The notes beneath the pieces are model-generated. The model made no database searches. It saw nothing but the letters and a program-made list of their open reading frames with translations, and was not told where the DNA came from. Shown piece after piece: positions 38,158-48,097 of a stretch of 64,000 nucleotides of DNA. This DNA comes from Candidatus Kaiserbacteria bacterium (GTDB lineage Bacteria > Patescibacteriota > Minisyncoccia > Phycocordibacterales > UBA2100): assembly GCA_017134395.1 (NCBI GenBank), contig CP070993.1:87231-151230 (forward strand), written 5' to 3'. Position 1 is the stretch's first letter. Each line of letters starts with the position of its first letter. The position numbers and the translations under genes are program-made.

Positions 38158-38589
38158 CTATTTGGAGCACTTTCGCAAAAGCCGAAGGATAAGCAAGAAA
38201 ACAATGCTTGGGAGGATAATAACATAGAGTAATTCTGAAAGAATAAATGTAGTTTCTGTATAGCCAGCCATACGTGCTGCCTCTGGTAGCCCTAAAGCTT
38301 GTGTATGAACTATTGAGCCGATAATGCCAGATAGAACTGTGTAAGCCCACAATGCGAGCATTCCGTATGTTAAATATCGTGGCGTTTTGCTAGCAACTGA
38401 TTTAAATGAAAATACAAAATACAAAAAGAGGATTGCGAAAGAAAGATCAATAAATGCGGTGAAGTAGAATGGAGAAAGTAAGAAGAATTCGTAATTATCC
38501 CAAATTCCATAGAGTGAACCGAGCGCGAAAACTAAAAAGAGACCACGTATAAGAAGGTTAGTTGCAGAGCGCGAAAGAGTGAATTTCAT
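38158..38589 (-). CDS. 4-TM membrane protein
   Basis: Hydrophobic ORF; TACACT 6 nt before ATG. Confidence 0.7.
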   Translation of the reverse strand: MKFTLSRSATNLLIRGLFLVFALGSLYGIWDNYEFFLLSPFYFTAFIDLSFAILFLYFVFSFKSVASKTPRYLTYGMLALWAYTVLSGIIGSIVHTQALGLPEAARMAGYTETTFILSELLYVIILPSIVFLLILRLLRKCSK

Positions 38590-38636
38590 TAACCAAGTGT
38601 AGCATACGCTTGCCGAAGAACTGTTGCTGTACACAT

Positions 38637-39203
38637 TTATATTTTCACTGGACCTTCGCGTAGTACCTTACATTCATCTGTTGTGCAGTCGATAATAGTG
38701 GACCCTTCCTTTTTTTTAGTTGCCCCAGGAAGGATTACCGCTGCCTTCTCTGAGAACGTTGCATACGCTTCATCGTAGGAAAGAATAGCTGGTTTACCAG
38801 AAATGTTTGCACTTGTTGCAGCAAGAACTCCGCCGACGTTTGTAATGAGTTCGAGTAGATCTTCATGGTTTGGCATGCGAAGGGCAATAGTTCCGTTGCT
38901 TTTGAGAACACCCATTGGAAATTCTGTTTTAGCATGTGCAACAATAGTAAGTGCTCCTGGCCAGTGTTTTTCCATTAATTCCTTACATTTTGAAGTAATT
39001 TCCCCAAGAGCTTCCGCTGTTTCAATCGAATCAATAAGTATTGGTATGTTCTTTTCATCTGGTCGTTGTTTGGCAGCATAAAGTGCTTCGATAGCTTTTT
39101 CATCAAATGGATCACATCCTATTCCGTATACAGTATCAGTTGGAAACACGATAAGTTTCCCATCGCGTACTGCTTCTGCTGCTTCATCGATCATTGTTGT
39201 CAT
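38637..39203 (-). CDS. tsaC: Threonylcarbamoyl-AMP synthase (TsaC/Sua5)
   Basis: FPTDTVYG, KQRP, WPGALT, TSANISG; the longer ORF overlaps a tRNA. Confidence 0.95.
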   Translation of the reverse strand: MTTMIDEAAEAVRDGKLIVFPTDTVYGIGCDPFDEKAIEALYAAKQRPDEKNIPILIDSIETAEALGEITSKCKELMEKHWPGALTIVAHAKTEFPMGVLKSNGTIALRMPNHEDLLELITNVGGVLAATSANISGKPAILSYDEAYATFSEKAAVILPGATKKKEGSTIIDCTTDECKVLREGPVKI

Positions 39204-39205
39204 TG

Positions 39206-39287
39206 TGCCGAAGGGGGGAATCGAACCCCCACTCCCGAAGGAACACGATTTTGAGTCGTGCGCGTCTACCAGTTCCGCCACCTCGGC
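39206..39287 (-). tRNA. tRNA-Leu(CAA)
   Basis: Cloverleaf with variable arm; anticodon loop CTCAAAA. Confidence 0.95.
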
Positions 39288-39413
39288 ATGGTGTGATGGT
39301 TATTCTACATGGAGTGACAAAAACTTCCAGCTTTAAAGTGACGGTCGTTTCATGCAGTTTATCTCCACTTATGCACATAAAGTAGAAATAACTGCTGTGG
39401 TATACTGCCCACA

Positions 39414-40493
39414 ATGGCATCAGATTTTTACAACAACTCAGTTTTTTGGATCGAAGTACATCGAATTCAGCCAAATCCATACCAGCCAAGAAAGGAGTTT
39501 GACGAAGAAGCCCTCAAGAGTCTTTCTGAATCTATTCGACAGTACGGAATTTTGCAGCCACTCGTAGTGACACGTCGCGAGATAGAACGTGGCGACGGTG
39601 GAATTTCAGTAGAGTATGAACTTGTAGCGGGTGAACGACGACTACGTGCGTCTAAGATGGCGGGCGTATCACAAGTACCAGTACTTATTCGTAGTACTGA
39701 AGATTCTGACAAAGTAAAACTTGAACTCGCGATTATTGAAAACCTTCAGCGTGAAGACTTGAACCCGATTGATAGAGCGCTTGCATTTCAACAGCTTGCA
39801 GAAAAGTTTAGTTTGAAGCATGTAGAGATTGCCAAAAAAGTTGGACGGAGCCGCGAATATGTTTCTAACTCGCTACGACTCCTCGCTCTTTCAGATGAGA
39901 TTCGACAGGCCGTCGTGAATAGGCAGATAACCGAAGGGCACACACGACCACTTCTTATGCTGTGTGAGCGACCTGAACAACAGATGGCACTCTTTAAAGA
40001 GATACAAGAGAAGAAACTCACTGTGCGCGAAGCAGAGCGTATAGCTCGCGGTATAGCTACGGATAAGGCACGAAAGCAGGATTTGCCGCCAGAACTTGCC
40101 GCACTAGAAAGGGAGTTAACTGAGAGATTAGGAACACGTGTGCAAATTGAAACACGAGATAAAGGAGGGAAAATGCATATTGATTTTTTCACACCAACAG
40201 ATGTACAACAATTTCTTGCATTGGTAAGTGCGACAGCTCCGAAAGAAGTAGTCATTGAAACTACAGCGGAAGAGGATAGTGTCGCAGAGACAGAAGCACC
40301 AAAAGAAACAGGTGTGTTGTCACCACTGTCGGAGTTTGTTTCGTACGCATTGGATGATGAGATCAATGATGATGAGGAGATGACAGTTTCTAAAAACACA
40401 AACGAAAAAATCGTAGAAGAAGTGAATCAAGAAACAACGAAAAAAGAAGATGAGGAAGAAGACATTTACTCAATCAGCAATTTTTCAGTTTAA
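39414..40493 (+). CDS. parB: ParB/Spo0J with acidic tail
   Basis: NPYQPR, AGERRLRA, ENLQREDL, HTH. Confidence 0.95.
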   Translation: MASDFYNNSVFWIEVHRIQPNPYQPRKEFDEEALKSLSESIRQYGILQPLVVTRREIERGDGGISVEYELVAGERRLRASKMAGVSQVPVLIRSTEDSDKVKLELAIIENLQREDLNPIDRALAFQQLAEKFSLKHVEIAKKVGRSREYVSNSLRLLALSDEIRQAVVNRQITEGHTRPLLMLCERPEQQMALFKEIQEKKLTVREAERIARGIATDKARKQDLPPELAALERELTERLGTRVQIETRDKGGKMHIDFFTPTDVQQFLALVSATAPKEVVIETTAEEDSVAETEAPKETGVLSPLSEFVSYALDDEINDDEEMTVSKNTNEKIVEEVNQETTKKEDEEEDIYSISNFSV

Positions 40494-42106
40494 ATAGCTT
40501 CGCCTACTCTCTGTAGGTATGTTCGGATGTGGCGCTTCGCAAGAGTTGTTTTTGCCATATCCATCCATTTTCTATTTGGATGATTTTTTTCGCTCGTTTC
40601 TATTTCAACGACATCACCATTTTTTAAGCATGAGCTTAGCGCTGCCATCTTACCATTTACTTTTGCGCCAGACATGTTATTTCCAATTTCTGAATGGATC
40701 GCGTATGCGAAATCTATCGGACTTGAATCGATAGGGAGGTCAATAACGTCTCCACGCGGAGTAAACACAAAAACGCGATGACTAAAGAAGTCGCTCTTTA
40801 TATCTTGCAAAAAAGCGTGAGGGTTTTCATCATCGACATCTTGTGCATCGGCCATGTTTTTTAACCAATCTGGTGTTGAATCGTCAGTGTAGGTGAGTTT
40901 AGATTCTCCTGAAGGCAACTTTCCTTGACCCTCCATCCAGAGGCGTGCAGGAATGAATTGTCGAATCCAACTGACTGCACTGTTATCACCTTTTTTCTTG
41001 CTCGCACCATCTGCTTTATACGAAAAATGTGAAGCAATACCAAACTGAGCTTCTCTGTGCATTTCCTCGGTTCTGATTTGAAGCTCAATAACATTACCAT
41101 CTCCTGTATGGATGGTTGTGTGGATTCCTTTATAACCATTTGGTTTAGGGAAGGCGATATAGTCCTTTACACGTCCTGGTAGCGGCCGCCACTCACCGTG
41201 CACAATACCAAGAACTGTGTAGCAGTCCGCAACTGAATCAACAATGATACGTAATGCCCACAGGTCAAATATTTTTGTAATGTCCCAATCTTTACGCTCG
41301 AGTTTGCGGTAGAGACTATACAGACCTTTCACTCTGTTTGCCGTTCTAAACTTTTTAACCCCGTATTCAGCAATTTTCTTTCGCACCGTATTGTGCGTGC
41401 GTTCAAGGCGTCGTATATCATCACCGCCTGCTTCTTTAAATATCTTTAAAACCTTTTCGTATTCTTCAGGATATGCATGCGGGAATACTGCGTCCTCCAA
41501 CTCGCGCTTCATAAGACCCATTCCAAGACGGTCGGCAATTGGGGCGTAGATTTCTAGTGTTTCTTGGGCGATACGTTCTCGTTTATCGTCGCGAGGTATA
41601 TGCCCGAGAGTGGATGCGTTATGTAGTCGGTCAGCAAGTTTGATAATCATTACACGAACATCTTGTGACGTCGCCGCGAAAAGTTTGCGAAGTGACTCAG
41701 TATGACGTTTCATTCCGCGATAACGAACATGGCCAAGCTTGGTTACCCCTTCAACTAAGTTACGTACATCCAGGCTTAGTTCTTCAGCAATTTCGTCTGC
41801 GGTTATGTCACTGTCTTCTATAGAATCGTGGAGAAGGGTAGCGGCGATTATTGTTGGACCCATCCCAATTTTTGCGAGATACTCAGCTGCTGCAATTGGG
41901 TGATTGAGATAGGGCTCACCTGAAAAACGTTTTTGACCACGGTGCGCTTTGCGAGCAAGGTTGTATGCACGGGTTATGAATTCAATGTCCTTCTTTTCAG
42001 TAAGGCCCATTATTGTGAAGATGTTCTTTAAAGCAGCAGGTGGCGCCTTCTTATTTCCTCCGTTTTTGTTTTCTGTAGAACTGTTAAATATTGCCATTAA
42101 CCCCAT
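40490..42106 (-). CDS. rel: RelA/SpoT homolog (HD + synthetase + TGS, no ACT)
   Basis: SGEPY, LHD, KLADRLHN, PKPNGY, ELQIRT, DFAYAIHS; start uncertain. Confidence 0.93.
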   Translation of the reverse strand: MGLMAIFNSSTENKNGGNKKAPPAALKNIFTIMGLTEKKDIEFITRAYNLARKAHRGQKRFSGEPYLNHPIAAAEYLAKIGMGPTIIAATLLHDSIEDSDITADEIAEELSLDVRNLVEGVTKLGHVRYRGMKRHTESLRKLFAATSQDVRVMIIKLADRLHNASTLGHIPRDDKRERIAQETLEIYAPIADRLGMGLMKRELEDAVFPHAYPEEYEKVLKIFKEAGGDDIRRLERTHNTVRKKIAEYGVKKFRTANRVKGLYSLYRKLERKDWDITKIFDLWALRIIVDSVADCYTVLGIVHGEWRPLPGRVKDYIAFPKPNGYKGIHTTIHTGDGNVIELQIRTEEMHREAQFGIASHFSYKADGASKKKGDNSAVSWIRQFIPARLWMEGQGKLPSGESKLTYTDDSTPDWLKNMADAQDVDDENPHAFLQDIKSDFFSHRVFVFTPRGDVIDLPIDSSPIDFAYAIHSEIGNNMSGAKVNGKMAALSSCLKNGDVVEIETSEKNHPNRKWMDMAKTTLAKRHIRTYLQRVGEAI

Positions 42107-42150
42107 GGTACTTCCAGATGGTGCTTTTGACAAATGAACGTCACGGTTTA

Positions 42151-42190
42151 GTTCTTAGAATACTGCGGTGCATCGCAGTATTCTAAGAAC
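42151..42190. repeat. Perfect palindrome with 17-bp arms
   Basis: GTTCTTAGAATACTGCG-GTGCAT-CGCAGTATTCTAAGAAC. Confidence 0.85.
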
Positions 42191-42215
42191 GAGGGGTAGT
42201 AAGAAGTAAAAAGTT

Positions 42216-42248
42216 CATTTAGACCAAGGTCGGACCTTGGTCTAAATG
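42216..42248. repeat. REP-like perfect palindrome with 16-bp arms
   Basis: CATTTAGACCAAGGTC-G-GACCTTGGTCTAAATG. Confidence 0.85.
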
Positions 42249-42251
42249 CTT

Positions 42252-44429
42252 TTATAATTTGTGAGGATTGTGATTAGGACACGTCTTATCACTACATCTT
42301 TCAGGGATTGTTTTTGTGCCTTCCATCATAAGTCCTTTACACAGTGGACACAGGTTTCCAGTAGGTTTTGCTTTTATGGCAAGCTTACAATCTGGATAAT
42401 TTGAACAACTGTAAAATGCACCAAATCGTCCGTGACGTTCTATAAGTTCTCCATCTTTACAATCTGTACATTTTACTCCAGTCGAGTTGAGCGTGTTGTC
42501 TTGCTTAATGTATTTACATTTAGGGTAGCGGTGACATGAAATAAACATTCCAAACCTCCCTTCGCGCATAACGAGCTTCCCTGGCTCCTGCTTGCTTCGT
42601 GGCCCGGGTTCTCCACATTTCGGGCATTTTTCACCGATATCTTTAGGCGGTTCAATTATATTGCCATCTTCTTTTCGTGCACCGCTACAATCGGGGAATT
42701 TCGCACAGCTCATAAACTTTCCGTTTTTTGAAAGTTTAAATACCATTTCACTATCACATTCGGGGCATTTAAACTCTTCAGGAACCGGACCGAGATTAGT
42801 AAGTTTCGGTACATCCTCTTTTGATGCAACTTCTTTTGAGAAAGGAGTATAAAAATCTTTTAGTGTTTTAACGTATTCACGCTTTCCTTCAGCAATATCA
42901 TCTAGCTCATCTTCCATTTCTGCGGTGAAGGTATCACTTACGTACTGTGCGAAGTGCTCTTCAAGGAAACTACTTACAACGTCACCAGTGTCTGTTGGAA
43001 TTAAGGCACGTGCTTCTTTTGCAACGTAGCCGCGATCAGAAAGCGTCCGCATAATTGCAGCGTATGTACTTGGGCGTCCGATACCTCGTTTCTCGAGTTC
43101 TTTAATAAGACGTGCTTCTGTATAGCGTGGTGGTGGCTGTGTTTCTTTTCCTTCGCTCTCAACTGTTTGCACAGCTAGAGCTTCTCCCTCTGATACTTTT
43201 GGTAGCTCAACGTCTTCGCCGCGTGCTGACGGATCGGCCATAAGCCAGCCATCTTTTACTACACGTGAGCCGGTGACTGCAAAATCAGGCACCGTGTCGT
43301 GCGCAACAGAAGCAGTAATTTTTGTACGCGCAATCTCAGCGTCAATCATCTGGCTCGAAACAGTTCGAGCCCAGATAAGTGAGTACAATCTCTTTTGCTC
43401 TTCGTTTCTTCCTGCTGCAATTTTATTTACATCAGATGGGCGTATAGCTTCGTGAGCTTCTTGAGCAGATTTTGAGTTTGTTTTGTATTGTCGAATTTCA
43501 ACATGATCTTTTCCATATTCACTTTCAATAACTTTACCGATGCTACTTAGTGCATTTTCAGAAAGGTGTGTGCTGTCGGTTCGCATGTACGTTATAAGTC
43601 CAGCTTCGTACAGTTTTTGGGCAACACCCATAGTTCTTGAAGGTGCGTATCCCAAGCGTGAGCTGGCGGCTTGCTGCATCGTTGAGGTAGTAAAAGGAGC
43701 TTTTGGCACCCGCTTTGCAGCAGTTTCCTTTACATTTGCTACTTGCCATTCATTTGCTTTAGCGTTTTCTACAATAGTGTCAGCATCACTTTCTGTTTTT
43801 GGTTCTTCAGAACAGGTAAATTCAATCGGTGCTTTTGAAGCAGATGCAGTGTGTGCTGTAATAACCCAAAATTTTTCAGGAATAAACGCACGAATTTCTC
43901 GCTCACGCTCCATAAGGATACGAAGCGCAGGAGACTGCACACGACCAGCTGAAAGTCCGTAACGAACCTTCTTCCAGATAAGTCCAGAGAGGTCATAACC
44001 CACGAGACGGTCGAGGATTCGGCGAGCTTCTTGCGCTTCGCGTAGATTTTCGTCAATAAGACGTGGATTCTTTAAAGCAGCCTGCACTGCTTCTTTTGTA
44101 ATTTCATTGAAGACAATTCGTTTAGGCTTCTTTAAACCAAGCACTTCTTTCAGGTGCCACGCAATAGCTTCTCCTTCTCGGTCGGGGTCAGTTGCAAGGA
44201 TTACTTCGTCAGATTTTTTTGAGAGTTTTGTGAGTTCTGCAATAACATCGAGTTTCTTTGCAACTACTTCGTAGTTGGGAACAAATCCTTTCTCTATATC
44301 AATAGCTTTCTTGTTGTTCTTAGGTAAATCACGTACGTGCCCAACACTGGCTCGCACAGTAAAGCCATCCCCGAGATATTTCTCGATAGTTTTAGCTTTT
44401 GCAGGGGATTCGACAATTACAAGCTTCAT
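42252..44429 (-). CDS. topA: DNA topoisomerase I
   Basis: IVESPAK, DPDREGE, SAGRVQ, ITYMRTDS, zinc ribbons. Confidence 0.98.
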   Translation of the reverse strand: MKLVIVESPAKAKTIEKYLGDGFTVRASVGHVRDLPKNNKKAIDIEKGFVPNYEVVAKKLDVIAELTKLSKKSDEVILATDPDREGEAIAWHLKEVLGLKKPKRIVFNEITKEAVQAALKNPRLIDENLREAQEARRILDRLVGYDLSGLIWKKVRYGLSAGRVQSPALRILMEREREIRAFIPEKFWVITAHTASASKAPIEFTCSEEPKTESDADTIVENAKANEWQVANVKETAAKRVPKAPFTTSTMQQAASSRLGYAPSRTMGVAQKLYEAGLITYMRTDSTHLSENALSSIGKVIESEYGKDHVEIRQYKTNSKSAQEAHEAIRPSDVNKIAAGRNEEQKRLYSLIWARTVSSQMIDAEIARTKITASVAHDTVPDFAVTGSRVVKDGWLMADPSARGEDVELPKVSEGEALAVQTVESEGKETQPPPRYTEARLIKELEKRGIGRPSTYAAIMRTLSDRGYVAKEARALIPTDTGDVVSSFLEEHFAQYVSDTFTAEMEDELDDIAEGKREYVKTLKDFYTPFSKEVASKEDVPKLTNLGPVPEEFKCPECDSEMVFKLSKNGKFMSCAKFPDCSGARKEDGNIIEPPKDIGEKCPKCGEPGPRSKQEPGKLVMREGRFGMFISCHRYPKCKYIKQDNTLNSTGVKCTDCKDGELIERHGRFGAFYSCSNYPDCKLAIKAKPTGNLCPLCKGLMMEGTKTIPERCSDKTCPNHNPHKL

Positions 44430-44572
44430 AGGCGGTAGGGTTACATGCTCTTACAAAAAAAGCAAAATATTTACATGAATAAAGGTATAGGAGAGGGAAG
44501 ATGCCACATATTGACGTATATGTCAAACAAGGTATAATAACGGTTGGATAAATTTATAGAAAGGGAAGCGCT

Positions 44573-44968
44573 ATGCGTAACTTTTTTAAGCTCTTTGGTT
44601 TTGCTACAACTGTCGCAGCATCTGGGTTCCTTGCTCTTGGCACGAATTCAGCTCTGGCATCCACACCGCGCATCGTTTGTGAAATGCCTGGGACTTCGTC
44701 TGGGTTTATTCTGACCGTTTCGCATCAGGACTGTGAGGCAATGCAAATTGCTCATGCCCGCAGCCATGTTGTCCATCAGCGGCCTCAAGCTGTGCGCAGA
44801 CACTCACCGCGAGTTGTTGTTCGTCATCATGTCAGTCGCGCTGAACGCCTGCAGCGTCATGTCTATCGATCAGGACATCCACGGCGATACCGTGGTCACC
44901 ACAGACCTCCGCCTCGGTACCATGGAAGTGGCTGGGGTGTGAGTGGCACCATCCATTGGCAGCAATAA
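44573..44968 (+). CDS. Secreted His/Arg-rich orphan protein (SD-led cassette)
   Basis: Signal peptide ending ALA; TTGACG-16-TATAAT (44511-44538); AAAGGGA SD; hairpin at about 44992-45021. Confidence 0.75.
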   Translation: MRNFFKLFGFATTVAASGFLALGTNSALASTPRIVCEMPGTSSGFILTVSHQDCEAMQIAHARSHVVHQRPQAVRRHSPRVVVRHHVSRAERLQRHVYRSGHPRRYRGHHRPPPRYHGSGWGVSGTIHWQQ

Positions 44969-45021
44969 TCTGTCAGAACCAAAACCAAGAAGGGTCCGTG
45001 AGTTTACTCACGGGCCTTTTT

Positions 45022-45882
45022 CTATTTCCGTCTTAGTGTCCCTAACTTTTCAACTATAACTCCATCAAGCTCAAGTTTTGATAAAAGTATATTTGCTTGA
45101 GTAATGGGGAGTGAAACTTCTTCGAGAAATTCATCTCTTGTTTTGGGCTCAGCTAATAAATCGTATATCTCTTGTTCTTCTTGTGAGAGTTTAAAGTTGG
45201 TTTGTTTTTCATCTTGTGCTTCGTGCTTTATGCTAAATACATCCAATATATCTTCTGGTGTAGTTATCGGAGTGGCACCAAGTTTCCAAAATTGATGTGC
45301 TCCACGCGATGAATCAGCAAAAATTGAAGCAGGCACCACGAGTAGCTCCCTATTGTAGTCGGTTGTGAGTCGTGCCGTTATTAAAGTACCCGAACGTTCA
45401 GTCGCCTCAATAACCAGTACCGCGTGTGACATACCTGCCATAATTCTATTTCTCTTTGGAAATGTCCACGGCGCTGCACTTTGTTCTGGTTCCAACTCAC
45501 TTAGTAAGGCACCCTTGTTTTCTAAGATCCTTTGCGCAAGTTGTACGTGTGAACGTGGGTATAGAACACTCTCTGAAAGTCCAGAACCGGGTACTGCAAT
45601 TGTGTGCAGTCCTATGTTTAGTGCTGCGGTGTGTGCATGACCATCTATACCTAATGCTAATCCAGACACAATAGAGATGTCATAGCCTTTAAGTCCGCCA
45701 ATAAGATAGTCGACTACCTCACGCCCGTAGCTGGTGCATTTTCTTGAGCCGACGACAGTAAGCAGCTTTGTTTCTGGGCTTGGGAGGGAACCTTGCATAT
45801 ACAAATACTCGGGCGGGTCGCTAATTTCCTGCAACAGTGGCGGGAAGTCCTTTGGAAGGATTTGTTGAATGAGCTGGCTCAT
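45022..45882 (-). CDS. dprA: DNA processing protein DprA
   Basis: VVGSR, VSGLALGID, FPKRNRI, SGTLITA. Confidence 0.95.
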   Translation of the reverse strand: MSQLIQQILPKDFPPLLQEISDPPEYLYMQGSLPSPETKLLTVVGSRKCTSYGREVVDYLIGGLKGYDISIVSGLALGIDGHAHTAALNIGLHTIAVPGSGLSESVLYPRSHVQLAQRILENKGALLSELEPEQSAAPWTFPKRNRIMAGMSHAVLVIEATERSGTLITARLTTDYNRELLVVPASIFADSSRGAHQFWKLGATPITTPEDILDVFSIKHEAQDEKQTNFKLSQEEQEIYDLLAEPKTRDEFLEEVSLPITQANILLSKLELDGVIVEKLGTLRRK

Positions 45883-45910
45883 AGTACGATTCAATTATAA
45901 CAAGGAATAT

Positions 45911-47182
45911 ATGCTAGACATTAAATTCATACGGGACAACAAAGATATTGTCGCAGCGGGTGCAAAGAAGAAACACGTCGATATTGATTTGGACGCTCTT
46001 ATCGCGCTTGATGATTCTCGTAAAGAACTTCTTCAAACCGTAGAAGAAAAACGCGCTCAACAAAATGAAGTCACGAAGACTATTGCATCAGAAAGGGATT
46101 CAGATAAGCGACAAAAAATGATTGAGCAAATGCAAACACTTAAAGCCGACATGCAGAAAGAAGAGGATGCACTGAAAGAGGTGATGGATAAGTGGCGATC
46201 ACTCATGTTGCAGGTTCCTAATGTCCCAGATATGTCGGTACCTGACGGCGCGACTGACGAAGACAATGTTGAGATAAGAACGTGGGGAGACAAACCGCAA
46301 TTTGGCTTTGAGCCAAAAGACCATATCGATATATTAACTGCACTCGATATGGTGGACTTTGAACGAGGTTCTAAGGTACATGGATTCCGTGGATACTTTT
46401 TAAAAAATGAAGGAGTGGAGCTTTCGTTTGCTATGTGGAACTACGCTCGAGATTTCTTTATGAAAAAGGGGTTAGACCTTATGATGCCACCGACAATCGT
46501 GCGAAAAGAAAACTTTTACGGTACAGGGCATTTACCAAACGAAGCTGAGGATTTATATAAAACGCAAGATGACGAGTTTCTTACGGGAACCGCCGAGGTG
46601 CCGGTGATGGGATACTATCGCGATGAAGAAATTGATTTTAGTAAACTCCCAATAAAACTTTTGGCTTTCTCGCCATGTTTTCGACGAGAGGCAGGGAGTC
46701 ACGGAAAAGATACGAAAGGTTTAATACGCGTTCACGAATTCTTTAAATGGGAACAGGTTATTTTGTCTGAGGCCAGCCACGAGAAAACTGTAGAGCTACA
46801 CGAATGGCTCACACAAAATACAGAAGAATTTATGCAATCACTGGGGATTCCATATCATGTTGTTGTAAACTGTGGAGGCGATTTAGGACAAGGGCAGGTA
46901 AAGAAATATGATATAGAGGCGTGGGTTCCAAAAGAGAGTAAGTATAGAGAAACTCACTCATCTTCATATTTCCATGATTTCCAAACACGTCGTTTTAATA
47001 TCACGTACCGAGATAGAGAAGGTAAAAAGCGCTTCGCTCACTCTCTGAACAACACCGCTGTCGCTGGCCCACGTATCCTTGTATCACTCGTTGAAAACTA
47101 TCAGCAAGCGGATGGCTCAATACAAATTCCAGAAGTACTTCGCCCGTATCTTGGAGGCAGAGAAGTCATTGTTAAAAAATAA
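45911..47182 (+). CDS. serS: Seryl-tRNA synthetase
   Basis: MLDIKFIR, TAE, CFRREAG, GLIRVHEF, HSLNNT. Confidence 0.97.
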   Translation: MLDIKFIRDNKDIVAAGAKKKHVDIDLDALIALDDSRKELLQTVEEKRAQQNEVTKTIASERDSDKRQKMIEQMQTLKADMQKEEDALKEVMDKWRSLMLQVPNVPDMSVPDGATDEDNVEIRTWGDKPQFGFEPKDHIDILTALDMVDFERGSKVHGFRGYFLKNEGVELSFAMWNYARDFFMKKGLDLMMPPTIVRKENFYGTGHLPNEAEDLYKTQDDEFLTGTAEVPVMGYYRDEEIDFSKLPIKLLAFSPCFRREAGSHGKDTKGLIRVHEFFKWEQVILSEASHEKTVELHEWLTQNTEEFMQSLGIPYHVVVNCGGDLGQGQVKKYDIEAWVPKESKYRETHSSSYFHDFQTRRFNITYRDREGKKRFAHSLNNTAVAGPRILVSLVENYQQADGSIQIPEVLRPYLGGREVIVKK

Positions 47183-47185
47183 AAT

Positions 47186-48082
47186 ATGTGGCGTAATAGT
47201 CGTAGAACATCTAGGAATTCCATAAAACGGAAGTCTGTATCTACAAAAGGAGTACGAGCTCAAACTAAACTAGCACGCTCAAAAGTTGCTCAAAAACGTT
47301 TTAGAGTACGGCTTCTTATCTTTGGCTTCATCCTCATCATAATTACTTCCTTGCTAGGAGCGCTCAGTTGGGTTTCATTCTCGCATGTACTTGCTGTACA
47401 AAAAACTGAAATTATTGGGAACAGTGAAGTGCGAACACGTGCAATACAAGAGACTTTATTTCGTAATACACAAAGACCTCTCATTGGTCTCTTTTCGCGG
47501 CAGAATACAGTGCTGTATCCCGCTGCTGAGCTAGAAGGAATTCTTTTATACGAGTTCCCCAAAATAAAAAGTGTCACTATTGATTCACAATTAACAAAGC
47601 AACAAGTGCTAGTAACTGTTGCTGAACGTGAGCCGTATGCACAATGGTGTAGAAATTTTAATGAGGTATATACGTGTTACTTTATAGATGCAGAAGGGTT
47701 TATATATGAAGAATCGGCTCTCGCTGATTTTCTGATTTTTGAAAATGGAATTGATGAATCAAAAGACGATGTGCTGCGTACATTTGTGGAACCGAAATAT
47801 TTTCAAGACGTTAAAGAGTTTCTTTCTAAATTAAAAGTTTTAGACGTACAGGTAAAGAAATTTGTATTTGAAGGAATTGATGGACGAATATATTTAGAAC
47901 CTGAGTGGGAAATTCGAATAGCATTAGACAAGGGTTTGGAAACGACGGCAGTCAATCTTGAAGCGGTATTAGATGAGTATCATCTACGAGACAGGCTCAG
48001 CGAGCTTCAATATATAGACCTGCGCTTTGGGGAACGTGTGTATCACACATTTAAGGAAAGTACTGACACGCAAGAAGAGTAA
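47186..48082 (+). CDS. FtsQ/DivIB-like protein
   Basis: Basic N-terminus, TM, POTRA-like segment, EREP, YIDLRF. Confidence 0.8.
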   Translation: MWRNSRRTSRNSIKRKSVSTKGVRAQTKLARSKVAQKRFRVRLLIFGFILIIITSLLGALSWVSFSHVLAVQKTEIIGNSEVRTRAIQETLFRNTQRPLIGLFSRQNTVLYPAAELEGILLYEFPKIKSVTIDSQLTKQQVLVTVAEREPYAQWCRNFNEVYTCYFIDAEGFIYEESALADFLIFENGIDESKDDVLRTFVEPKYFQDVKEFLSKLKVLDVQVKKFVFEGIDGRIYLEPEWEIRIALDKGLETTAVNLEAVLDEYHLRDRLSELQYIDLRFGERVYHTFKESTDTQEE

Positions 48083-48097
48083 TGCTAGTGTAGTGCA

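Noticed and set aside
39204-39281. N-terminal extension of TsaC
   Set aside because: It is the tRNA-Leu gene read in frame
39288-39413. parS site or parA beside parB
   Set aside because: No TGTTTCACGTGAAACA-like palindrome or parA gene was seen here
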